A program made the position numbers and the translations under genes. From positions 1 through 37,141 of the forward strand of contig JAQBGU010000217.1 of the NCBI GenBank assembly GCA_032128375.1: a stretch of 37,141 nucleotides of DNA, in the 5' to 3' direction. Positions 9,972 to 18,639 of this stretch are shown piece by piece (position 1 is the stretch's first letter; each line of letters opens with the position of its first letter). The notes under the pieces were generated by a model. That model was given only the letters and a program-made list of their open reading frames with translations, ran no database searches and had not been told where the DNA came from. This DNA comes from Deltaproteobacteria bacterium. Its GTDB lineage: Bacteria > Myxococcota_A > UBA9160 > SMWR01.

Positions 9972-12244
9972 GTGAATCGAATGGACGTGACCGGAAATTC
10001 AAGTGGGTAGGCACTCGACCGATCCGCCACGACGGTGTCGACAAGGTCACGGGCCGTGCCCGCTATGGAGCGGACTTCAGCCTGCCCGGTATGCTCCACG
10101 CATGCGTGCTGCGCAGCCCACACGCGCACGCGCGCATTCTCGGCATCGACGCGTCCAAGGCTCTGGCACTCGAAGGAGTCAAGGCAGTCATCACGTCGGA
10201 TGATCTGCCGGAGCTGGCTCTCACCGATGCATCGGGCCCGACCAATTTATCGGATCTGTCCCGCAACGTGCTGGCACGCGACAAGGTTCTCTACCACGGT
10301 CATGCGGTGGCCGCGGTGGCGGCCACCAGCACGCGACTCGCCCAGCAGGCGTTGGCGCTGATCGAGGTCGACTACGAGCCGCTCCCGCACGTGCTCGACC
10401 TGCGCTCCGCGATGGCCGCGGATGCCCCCATCCTTCACGACCACATGCGAACCAAGGGCATCGAGCCCTTACCGGACAAGCCGTCGAACATCGCGTCCAA
10501 GATGGAGCTCAGGCGCGGCGATGTCGAGGCGGCACTCGCCGGAGCAGACATCGTGATCGAGCGGGAATTCGAAACGGCGACCGTCCACCAGGGCTACATC
10601 GAACCCCACGCCTGCGTCGCCCAAGCCAACGAGGACGGTCAAATCAACGTCTGGGCCAGCTCGCAAGGTCACTTCATGATCCGGGCCTATTCGGCGCGGC
10701 TCCTGCAGCTGGATATCTCGCAGATCAAAGTGATCCCGATGGAGATCGGCGGCGGCTTCGGGGGCAAGACGACCGTCTACCTCGAGCCGATCGCGATCGT
10801 GCTGTCGCGCAAGACGGGACGACCGGTCAAAGCTGTGATGACCCGCGACGAAGTGTTCCGAGCAACCGGACCCGCGCCCGCGACCTGGATCAAGGTCAAG
10901 TTCGGCGCCAACCGCGATGGCAAGGTCGTCGCAGCGAAGTGCGAGCTCATCTACGAAGCCGGTGCGTTTCCGGGTTCGCCGGTATCGGCGGGTGCGATGT
11001 GCATCCTGGCGCCATTTGCCCTCGATCATTTCTTGATCGAAGGCTACGACGTGGTGGTCAACAAGCCGAAGACGGCCGCCTATCGCGCGCCGGGAGCCCC
11101 GCCGGCTGCTTTCGCGGCCGAGACGGTCATCGACGAAATCGCGCACGAACTCGATATCGACGCGCTCGACCTGCGCCGCATCAACGCGGTCAGCAAGGGA
11201 ATCCAGGCCGCCTACGGGCCCAAGTTCAGCGATATCGGCCTGCTCGAAATACTCGAAGCACTGCGGGTGCATCCGCACTACAGCGCACCCCTGGGTGAGA
11301 ACCAGGGGCGGGGCTTCGCAGTGGGCTTCTGGTTCAACGCCGGGATGCAGTCGTCCGCCGAGGTGAAGCTCAATGAAGATGGCACGGCCGTAGTCGTCGA
11401 GGGCTGCCCGGATATCGGTGGTTCGCGCGCATCGATGGCGATCATGGCCGCCGAAGAACTCGGAATCGATGTCTACAAGGTTCGGCCCGTCGTCGCCGAC
11501 ACGGAATCGGTAGGCTTCAACGACACTACCGGCGGCAGCCGAGTCACGTTCGCAACCGGAATGGCTGTCATCGAGGCCTCGCAGGACGTCGTAGAACAGT
11601 GTCGCGAGCGGGCCGCTACATTCTGGGGGATCGAGCCTGAAAACGTGGTGTGGCAAGACGGCAGTGCGTTCGCGACGGGCGAAGGCGCCGATAGACTCGA
11701 ACCCCTGTCCATCGCAGCGATCGCCCGCAAGGCTGCACAAACCGGTGGTCCGATCACCGGCAAGGCGTCTCTCAGCGCGCGAGGTGCGGGGCCGGCCTTT
11801 GCAGTCCACCTCGTCGATGTCGAAGTCGACCGCGATACCGGAAAGGTCGACATCGTTCGCTACACGACCATCCAAGACGCCGGTCGCGCCATCCACCCAG
11901 CCTATGTCGAGGGCCAGATGCAGGGCGGCGCCGCGCAAGGCGTTGGATGGGCGCTCAACGAAGAGTTCGTCTACGACGCCGACGGCGTGCTCGCAAACCC
12001 CGGGTTTCTCGATTACCGGATGCCGGTCGCCCTCGACTTGCCGATGATCGACACAGTCATCGTCGAGGTTCCGAACCCGAGGCATCCATACGGTGTTCGG
12101 GGCGTAGGTGAGGTGCCGATCGTGCCACCGATCCCGGCCATCGCAAACGCAATCCACGACGCAACCGGTGTCCGCATGCGCAAGCTGCCGATGTCACCGC
12201 CCAATGTTCTCGCAGAATTGATGCGAGCGGGCGCCGACCGCTAG
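9968..12244 (+). CDS. Xanthine dehydrogenase-family molybdopterin-binding large subunit (CoxL-like, not a CO dehydrogenase)
   Basis: KVTGRARY, RSPHAHARI, IGGGFGGK, AYRAPG loop, GQMQGG..QG, RGVGE; ATGA overlap with the coxS-like gene. Confidence 0.93.
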   Translation: MSESNGRDRKFKWVGTRPIRHDGVDKVTGRARYGADFSLPGMLHACVLRSPHAHARILGIDASKALALEGVKAVITSDDLPELALTDASGPTNLSDLSRNVLARDKVLYHGHAVAAVAATSTRLAQQALALIEVDYEPLPHVLDLRSAMAADAPILHDHMRTKGIEPLPDKPSNIASKMELRRGDVEAALAGADIVIEREFETATVHQGYIEPHACVAQANEDGQINVWASSQGHFMIRAYSARLLQLDISQIKVIPMEIGGGFGGKTTVYLEPIAIVLSRKTGRPVKAVMTRDEVFRATGPAPATWIKVKFGANRDGKVVAAKCELIYEAGAFPGSPVSAGAMCILAPFALDHFLIEGYDVVVNKPKTAAYRAPGAPPAAFAAETVIDEIAHELDIDALDLRRINAVSKGIQAAYGPKFSDIGLLEILEALRVHPHYSAPLGENQGRGFAVGFWFNAGMQSSAEVKLNEDGTAVVVEGCPDIGGSRASMAIMAAEELGIDVYKVRPVVADTESVGFNDTTGGSRVTFATGMAVIEASQDVVEQCRERAATFWGIEPENVVWQDGSAFATGEGADRLEPLSIAAIARKAAQTGGPITGKASLSARGAGPAFAVHLVDVEVDRDTGKVDIVRYTTIQDAGRAIHPAYVEGQMQGGAAQGVGWALNEEFVYDADGVLANPGFLDYRMPVALDLPMIDTVIVEVPNPRHPYGVRGVGEVPIVPPIPAIANAIHDATGVRMRKLPMSPPNVLAELMRAGADR

Positions 12245-12269
12245 CGTCGGGCGCTGCGCTGCGACACCG

Positions 12270-12515
12270 ATGGCCACTGTCATCCTGCCCGCGAGGTTCA
12301 ACGCTTGGACGGGCGGCGCGGAACAGGTCGAGGTAGACGCACGCGATGTCCGACAGTTGATTCGAGCGCTCGACGAGCGCTACCCGGGTCTCGGCGAGAA
12401 GCTGCGCGACGGCGTCTCGATCGCGATCGACGGAGAGATCATCAACGAACCGCTTCTCGAGCCCATCGAAGTCGACAGCGAAGTGCACTTCCTCCCGCCG
12501 ATCTCGGGTGGTTAG
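12270..12515 (+). CDS. MoaD/ThiS-family sulfur carrier protein
   Basis: 81 aa, ubiquitin-like size, C-terminal FLPPISGG. Confidence 0.9.
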   Translation: MATVILPARFNAWTGGAEQVEVDARDVRQLIRALDERYPGLGEKLRDGVSIAIDGEIINEPLLEPIEVDSEVHFLPPISGG

Positions 12516-12607
12516 CTCGTAGCCTCGTAGCCGCTCAGCCGCTTGGCTACACTCCGGAGCTATCGGGATCAGGGCCATCTGTTGCGGGAGGACTTGATGT
12601 GGGGCAG

Positions 12608-13063
12608 ATGCGTTCATTCGCTGCAGCGCTGATCGCTGTCGTATCATTCGCGGCCGCCTCAGGGGCCAACGAAGCTTCGTCTGAACCTTCGAGTTCCGTT
12701 CGGAGCCGTTATGAAGATGAACTGTACACGCTCGAGATCTCGCCGCGGGGTACCTTCCAGCGCGGTCGACCCGGAGCGGTAGCCATTCACCTGGAGGCCA
12801 AAGGCGAGTACAAGTGCAACGTCGAATACCCCTACAAGTTCAAGGCCCACGAACGCGAGGGTGTGACATTCGAGCGCGCCGTGACCCGCAAGGACGCGAT
12901 GACAATCAACGACAAGCGCTGTTCGATGGATGTCGCGTTGACACCCGATGCTGCCGGAAAGAAGACCGTCGAGGGCACGTTCTCGTTTTCTGTCTGCACA
13001 GACCAGCGTTGTGTGATCGAGCAGCGGGAGTTGGGACTGACGATCGCGGTGGGAACAAAGTAG
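12608..13063 (+). CDS. Secreted Cys-containing beta-rich protein, DsbD-N-like (tentative)
   Basis: Signal peptide MRSFAAALIAVVSFAAASGA; alternating beta pattern; C-terminal FSVCTDQRC (Cx4C) plus two more Cys. Confidence 0.6.
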   Translation: MRSFAAALIAVVSFAAASGANEASSEPSSSVRSRYEDELYTLEISPRGTFQRGRPGAVAIHLEAKGEYKCNVEYPYKFKAHEREGVTFERAVTRKDAMTINDKRCSMDVALTPDAAGKKTVEGTFSFSVCTDQRCVIEQRELGLTIAVGTK

Positions 13064-13093
13064 CGCCGCGGCTCGATCTCTGCTTTTCGTCCG

Positions 13094-16000
13094 CTACTCG
13101 TCTGCCGAGGCTTCAGCCCTCCACTTCCGGAGCTCGGAAACGGACGGAACACCCGCTAGCGTCTGCAGAACATGCCCCTCGCCATCGGTAACAATCGAGG
13201 CGGGCAGTACCTCGTCATCCAACGCTGCGATGATCCGCGAGACGACGTCCGAGACCGCCGATTCGGGCAGATCTGGAAGCATTCGATAGGCGGGTTCATA
13301 CTTCGCCACATAGGCGGCGAGTTTCTGCGACCCGTCCTCTTCGTCGACCGGCACTCCGAACATCAGCAACTCTGCGTCTCCGAAAGCGGCGCGAATCGCG
13401 GCGAGCTGCGGAAGACTCTTCTTGCACGCGTCGCACCACGTCGCGGTCGTTGTGTACATGCGCAACTCCGCCGGAGCGATCGCGACCGACGGACCGATGA
13501 TCATCCGATCGGATGGCCGAACGACAGGCTCCATTGGCTTGCCGGGGAGTCGATACGATTCGCGCCGGAAGCCCAAACCGTCAGGGGATTGACTGGGATC
13601 TTCGAACAACGTCAAGAGCGAGCCCGCTTCGACATCGCTCACGCGCTGGACCTTACCACTCGGCCACTGGACCGACACGAATTCTGCTCGCTCGCGAACC
13701 CCGATACCAATTGCCAGCGTGGCGCTGTTTTGCGAACCGAAACCCTCTCCGCAACGATGCTCCCGAACGATGCGGGTATCGCCCAGACCGATCACGACCC
13801 GCGCGCCGTACCCATCGCGATTGCTGTACTCGGACTGCTGGGCGGCGCGATTCCCACCGACGAAGCGGACGGCAATCATTTCGCTCGTTCGTTCACTCGA
13901 TCCGGAAATCGTCGGCGCAAGACGCGTCCCGATCTCATTGTGGAACAACTCAAAAAAGGGGGCGTTGGTGTTCACCATTGCGATGTCTTGCCAGCCGTCG
14001 CGATCGAAGTCGAGTAGCGCGAAGCTCCGGCTGTCCGCGATCGAATCGAGTCCGGAGACTCCCGAGACATCACGAAAGCGACTGCCCTCGAGATTCAGGA
14101 ACAGGTGATTCCGTTCGTTGCCGCTGAACGACGTCGCGACTCCGCCCCCTTCGGCAAATGACCATCTCAGCTTCGAACGTCCGGCCCAATTCGGCCCTTC
14201 GGCGCCAGACGAATTCGGCTTTTGATCCGAGCGCGCGACCGCGCGCCAGAAACTGCTTCACAAATCTGCACCGGGAATCGCGAATTCCTTCGGTGCAGTG
14301 TACATGCCGCTGGCGGCGTAGATGTCGAGGAAACCGTCATTGTCTACATCGACGAACTGTCCACCCCAGGACCAGCCGGCGCGTTCGACCGCGAGCGCCG
14401 GCGGGTCTAGACCCGAGACCTTCTCGAAGCGTTGCCCGCGGTTTCGAAACAGCGAATTGCCGCGTGACATGTCGGCGAGTCTGGGGTCGAGGCCAGGCAC
14501 TTGCGCGGTGATCCGGCGACCGGCCTTGCTGTACATGTTGGACACGTACAGGTCTTGTGCCCCGTCGTTGTCGTAATCGCCCCAGCTCGCGCCCATCCCA
14601 AAGCCGATATCGGCTGTTTGGGTCTCGCCGGTGACGTCGGTAAAAGAACCAGCATCGTTGCGGAACATATTGTTGGCTGAAAAGTCGTTCGCAACATAGA
14701 GGTCCGCATCGCCGTCGTCATCGAAATCCGCCCACGTAGACTGGAATGTGTTCCGCCAAACCGCAAGCTGGGCGCTCTGTTCGGCAAGTTCGAAGCGCCC
14801 CGCCCCGGAGTTTCGCAGCAACACATTCGGCGGGCCGGCACGACTGAGGTACTTGTGGCTGGCGCGATACAGGCGAGACAGCCTGTTGGCCTGAGCGGGC
14901 GGCAAGAACTGCTGAAGAAAAGTCGCAGACGCGCTGCTGTCTCGCTCGCTGAGTTGGACAGCCATCAATTCAGCCGCATAGGTAGAGAAGTAGACGTCGA
15001 GTAGACCATCGCCGTCGTAGTCTGCGGCTGACACCGACGTCACGAGCGACGGCAAGGACGTGCTCACCCACTCCTTTGAACGCTCGACGAAACGTCCGGA
15101 CTCGTTCACCCAGTATTGGCTGGGCTCGAGTGTCCGGCCCAAGAAAAGATCAGCGTCTCCATCGTTGTCGAAGTCTGCGAAGATCGCCGAAGAGCTGTGA
15201 TCCTTCACGTCCAAACCCAGCTTCGGCGCGATGTCCTCGAAGCTGCCGTCGCCTCGATTTCGCAGCAGCCAGTTCTTTCCCCACCGATCCATCACATACA
15301 GGTCGTCGAGACCATCCCGATCAATGTCGACCACGGACAAACCGGGTTGCCAATCGGTTGGCTTGATCAGGAAATACGGATGGGGTTTTTCGAACTTCTC
15401 TCCCTGTCGGACCATGTCGACCAGGTAACGCTCGTGCGCGGATCCCTCGGCACGAGCGAGCAAGGTGGCATCGGTCAGTGCTTCGGGCAGCGCGCTTGCG
15501 AACAGCCGGCGCGGCCCCGCGAGTGTCGAGAATTTGCTTGATTCGAGAACCGTCAACCGCCAAGCCGGCGTACCCAGCAGCGCGCGCGCCAACCTGGGCA
15601 CCTTACTCCACTGCGAATCGAGCGTCGCGTTTACCGAGAGCCAATCGCCCCCCCGCATTCGAGCGAGCGCTGAGAAGCCGATCCGCGCATCGAATCGAGG
15701 GGGACCTCCAGTGGATAGCGCGCCATCAATAAAGTGGAACTCCGCGTGGTCGAAGTAGTCGACCCTATCGAGAAAGGGACGCCACAGGTTGATCCCTGGC
15801 GCGCCCGCATCGTGGACCGTGTCGGCGATCGGCCAGTCGCGGCCTTCGAGGTGCCCGCCGCTGACCGGGCCCTTCTCGGACTGTGCAAGGCCCGTTTCGA
15901 GATCGCGTACGATCACGTTGGAATCAAAGACACCTTGGCTGTGGTGGTCGGGAAATCGGAGGTTCATGATGCTCTGAGCCAACCGGATCAGCTCGGGACT

Positions 16001-16279
16001 GAGCTTCAAGATCAGCTCTTCGGAAGCTACGAGTCGTTCTACGCTGATCTTGTACTGCGCGTCCTCGTCGGTCTGAGCGGGGATCTGAGCACCAGTCTGA
16101 GCTGTCTCAGTCGCCGGGTCCGGGTCGGGGTTCGCGAAGGCCGACGCAGGTGCAACAAGGCACACCATCAACACCAGTACCCGTCGCGTAGTGCGCAACG
16201 CATGGACGTTCCGGGTCGGAGCTGCAGAGGCTCGGAACGCGGCTCGCTGTGAACCGTGTCGAGCGGCGAAGGTCATCAT
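13094..16279 (-). CDS. Putative selenoprotein: secreted FG-GAP/VCBS beta-propeller + ASPIC/UnbV + TlpA-like thioredoxin, Sec at UGA 14258-14260
   Basis: One frame from 16279 (alternative TTG 16198 gives a clean signal peptide) to 13094, broken only by TGA 14258-60. Six DxDxDG blades before it; SFSGNERNHLFLN, a seventh blade DFDRDGWQDI, ASPIC-type CGEGFGSQNS…VQWPSG and WCDAC after it; SECIS-like hairpin follows. Confidence 0.8.
14226..14250 (-). promoter_or_regulatory. Bacterial SECIS-like stem-loop
   Basis: mRNA UGA-AGCAGUU-UCUG-GCGCGC-[GGUC]-GCGCGC-U-CGGA: perfect 6-bp GC stem starting 11 nt after the UGA, apical loop GGUC 17 nt from the UGA, lower stem UCUG/CGGA with a bulged U. Confidence 0.75.
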
Positions 16280-16647
16280 GCGAACCCATTTGGAATTTCG
16301 CGTGTAGCGTGGCGCGAGCGCCGAGGATCGGAAACGGAGGATAACTGAGTTTGCTGTTCTGGGAAGCCCAAAGGAGCCGCGTATCGGCGACAGATCGAAC
16401 GCACTACCGCGCCTGAAAACGGCTCGAGCTGCGCCTTCGACTCGCGCGCGAGTTGTTGTGGGACAGTCGCAGCCTCGAAGCCCACGAAGAATTGAACGCG
16501 ATCTCCCGTGCGCTCGCCGAGCGGTCGCGGCTGGGCCAGCTGCCACTGCGTACCGTCGCACCCGCGCTCGATCGCGTCTACGAACTCCATGAGGACGAAA
16601 CCATCCGCACCCGATCGCCACTCCGAAGCGTCCGACGCGCTAGCCAT
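16276..16647 (-). CDS. Hypothetical protein
   Basis: 123-aa ORF filling the gap in a same-strand string; its TGA overlaps ATG 16279 (ATGA). No recognisable motif. Confidence 0.45.
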   Translation of the reverse strand: MASASDASEWRSGADGFVLMEFVDAIERGCDGTQWQLAQPRPLGERTGDRVQFFVGFEAATVPQQLARESKAQLEPFSGAVVRSICRRYAAPLGFPEQQTQLSSVSDPRRSRHATREIPNGFA

Positions 16648-16674
16648 TCTCGAGCGGATTTGTGAACTCTGCGC

Positions 16675-16896
16675 CTAACCGATAATTTTCGGTGCGGTCG
16701 TCAACAGCGCGACCCCGGCGCCGGCAACCGCTCCACCCGCGAGACGTCTGGCCATCGACCAGTCTTCCGGTAGCAACACTGCACCGAGTATCGCCCCTCC
16801 AAAAATGCATACCGCGAAGATCCCAGTCAGTACGGGATGTTCGGTCGCGAAGCCAAGTAGGGCACTCGAAGGCTCGCGCGGCGCGGGCTGGTTCAT
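16675..16896 (-). CDS. Small two-TM membrane protein
   Basis: MNQPAPREP…HPVLTGIFAVCIFGGAILGAVLL..RRLAGGAVAGAGVALL; starts 17 nt after the RNHCP stop, GGAG upstream. Confidence 0.7.
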   Translation of the reverse strand: MNQPAPREPSSALLGFATEHPVLTGIFAVCIFGGAILGAVLLPEDWSMARRLAGGAVAGAGVALLTTAPKIIG

Positions 16897-16912
16897 CGTG
16901 TGGCAGCCAGCA

Positions 16913-17330
16913 TCAGTCTCCTTCAGGCCCAGACCGGCGAATGGGTCGGCCCAGTACATCGAGAGGAAACGGGGGTTGTGCGACCGGGCGCGCCGCGAGT
17001 GACATCAACAAGAATGCATTGTCGTCTGCGGCGATTCGGTTGCTTTTCAGGCAACCGCACGCATTGCAGCGATGCACCAGTGACCATTCCCCGTTCGACT
17101 GCACCCAGATCGCAATGGGTTCCATCCGGGCGCCGCACGCGGAGCTGCGATCGCCCGGGTGGTCGTCGACGTGAACGCTCCACAGGCAGGCGGGGCAGTG
17201 ATTGCGGTGACGGGTTCCCTGCGCTGATGCCGGGACCATCAGCCTGCAATTCTGACAGCGAAACTCGTCGAGTGTCTGGCCGTTGGCGCCGCCAGTCCGG
17301 ACGGTTGCGATGGTTGTAACTTCTGGACAT
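16913..17330 (-). CDS. RNHCP-domain zinc-binding protein (5' end possibly frameshifted)
   Basis: FRCQNC…HRNHCPACLWSVHVD..PGDR..ACGARMEPIAI…HRCNACG…NRIAADDN…PPFPLD. The basic ATG-17330 N-terminus is one base out of frame with the domain, so the start is uncertain. Confidence 0.85.
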
Positions 17331-17575
17331 TTCGTATCCAACTCTTTGGCAAGCCATTCGAAGGCCGCCAGCACGTCGAAGTACACGCGGCGCGGGTTCG
17401 AGCGGCAGGAGCGCACGTGGGGCACGAGCTCGCGCGAGCGAACTCGGCCACCGCCGAAACGCGCACTCGGCCAAGAGTGGATCGTGATGCATCCGATAGC
17501 AGCTGAAACCTTGCAGCGAGCAAGGGTCCAGTTTGCGAATATCGGGAGGGAACGCGGCGCCTACACGAGTTGCCG

Positions 17576-17614
17576 AAGTTGCGCAACCTGCACAAGCTAC
17601 ACAACCTGCACAAC
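17576..17614. repeat. Degenerate 9-bp tandem repeat (about 4 units)
   Basis: gaagttgcg-caacctgca-caagctaca-caacctgca-caa; a further ACCTGCAC copy at 17679-17686. Confidence 0.7.
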
Positions 17615-17704
17615 TCAGCTTCGGAACGTTCGTCCCTGGCGTTTCCGGTTCGACCGATTGCGCGGGGTTTCGACAATCACCTGCACTTGTGCACGACTCG
17701 ACAT
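17615..17704 (-). CDS. Putative 29-aa leader peptide MSSRAQVQVIVETPRNRSNRKRQGRTFRS
   Basis: GGAGG + 5 nt + ATG, directly downstream of a TTGACG-N17-TACGGT promoter. Confidence 0.55.
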   Translation of the reverse strand: MSSRAQVQVIVETPRNRSNRKRQGRTFRS

Positions 17705-17740
17705 GAAAACCTCCGCAGCTGTCTCGGTTCGAAGCGCGGC

Positions 17741-17769
17741 ACCGTACACAGTTTTCTCTCGCGCGTCAA
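17741..17769 (-). promoter_or_regulatory. sigma70-type promoter
   Basis: Minus strand TTGACG (17769-17764), 17-nt spacer, TACGGT (17746-17741). Confidence 0.6.
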
Positions 17770-17815
17770 TCGCAGCGTTTTCCGGGTTCAGTCGGCCCAC
17801 GAAGCTGACATTTCG

Positions 17816-18574
17816 CTACCGAGTGGCTTTGGTCAGCCACACATGCGCCATGCCTCCCATCGTGTCCACCCGAGCTGGGCGACCAAATACACTCGTGACG
17901 ATCTCGGCCAGTTCCGCGGCACTCGTCGGGTTCGGCGTCTCTCCCGCGCGTTGCATCAACCGCAACATGCGAGCACCTAACCATCGGTCCGTCACCAACG
18001 AACTCAGATACAGCCCTCCACCCGGCGCCAGTATCCCCTCGAGCGATTCGAGCAGCGCAGCGGGTCTATCGAACAGATGGATGATTCCGGGACACAGGGT
18101 CGTTTCGAAACTCGACGCCCGAAACGGCAGCGCGAACACATCGCCTTGAATCAACACCACGTGTTCAGGCAAGCGGCCGCAGTGCTCGACGAGTCGCTTG
18201 CGGGCTCGCTGCAGCATTCCGATCGATACATCAAACAGGATCGTGGGTCGCTCGCTTTCTGCGTGAACGGGGGCTGTGAAGATCAAGGTCCCGCACCCGG
18301 CGTCGAGCCACCAGCCCATCGACGAGCTCTCGGCGGCGCGCGCGAATTCCGTGTCGCGCGCAATGTCGTTGCCCCAGATCAACCTCTGCCAGTGGCGATT
18401 GCCGATGAGTCGATCGTAGGTACCGGCGACCGAGTCGTACCGCTGGGCGCCCGGTTCGCCGTCTATTGCGGTCCAGATCCCCGCTTCTACTGGCCCATCG
18501 ACCAGCCGTAGTTTGCGGTCCGGCTGCAAGATCGAGTCGATCTCATCGAGTGCCGAGGCTGTGCGAGTCGCCAT
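17816..18574 (-). CDS. Class I SAM-dependent methyltransferase
   Basis: LDAGCGT motif I, FDVSIGML, QGDVFALPF..SFE, ILAPGG. Confidence 0.88.
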   Translation of the reverse strand: MATRTASALDEIDSILQPDRKLRLVDGPVEAGIWTAIDGEPGAQRYDSVAGTYDRLIGNRHWQRLIWGNDIARDTEFARAAESSSMGWWLDAGCGTLIFTAPVHAESERPTILFDVSIGMLQRARKRLVEHCGRLPEHVVLIQGDVFALPFRASSFETTLCPGIIHLFDRPAALLESLEGILAPGGGLYLSSLVTDRWLGARMLRLMQRAGETPNPTSAAELAEIVTSVFGRPARVDTMGGMAHVWLTKATR

Positions 18575-18639
18575 CGCGGCGATTGTAGCTGACGGCGGCT
18601 CTACCGAGCGCGCTCGTTGCCAGTACCATTGCGAGCGAG

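Noticed and set aside
10469..12157. 562-aa antisense ORF and many other long overlapping ORFs (e.g. 160..1233, 33866..35014)
   Set aside because: Shadow frames of well-supported genes in high-GC DNA, with no motifs.
9968..12244. Aerobic CO dehydrogenase (coxL)
   Set aside because: The loop is AYRAPG, not AYxCSFR or AYxGAGR, and there are no coxDEFG accessory genes.
14258..14260. Genome-wide UGA reassignment (code 4 or 25) as the explanation
   Set aside because: Many genes here end properly at TGA (amt, glnK, LysR, GST, MOSC), and no other gene shows an internal TGA.
14070..14261. 63-aa ORF starting at the GTG overlapping the UGA, suggesting stop-restart coupling
   Set aside because: It is out of frame with the conserved SGNERN/FG-GAP/ASPIC sequence and encodes nothing recognisable; in-frame readthrough explains the region better.
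17576..17614. Tandem repeats as a CRISPR array
   Set aside because: Units are 9 bp with no spacers, and there are no cas genes.
17560..17620. Minus-strand frame reading CAGCVACAGCATSAT, resembling a Cys-rich RiPP core
   Set aside because: No start codon upstream in that frame and no radical SAM or other maturase nearby; it is a by-product of the 9-bp repeat.
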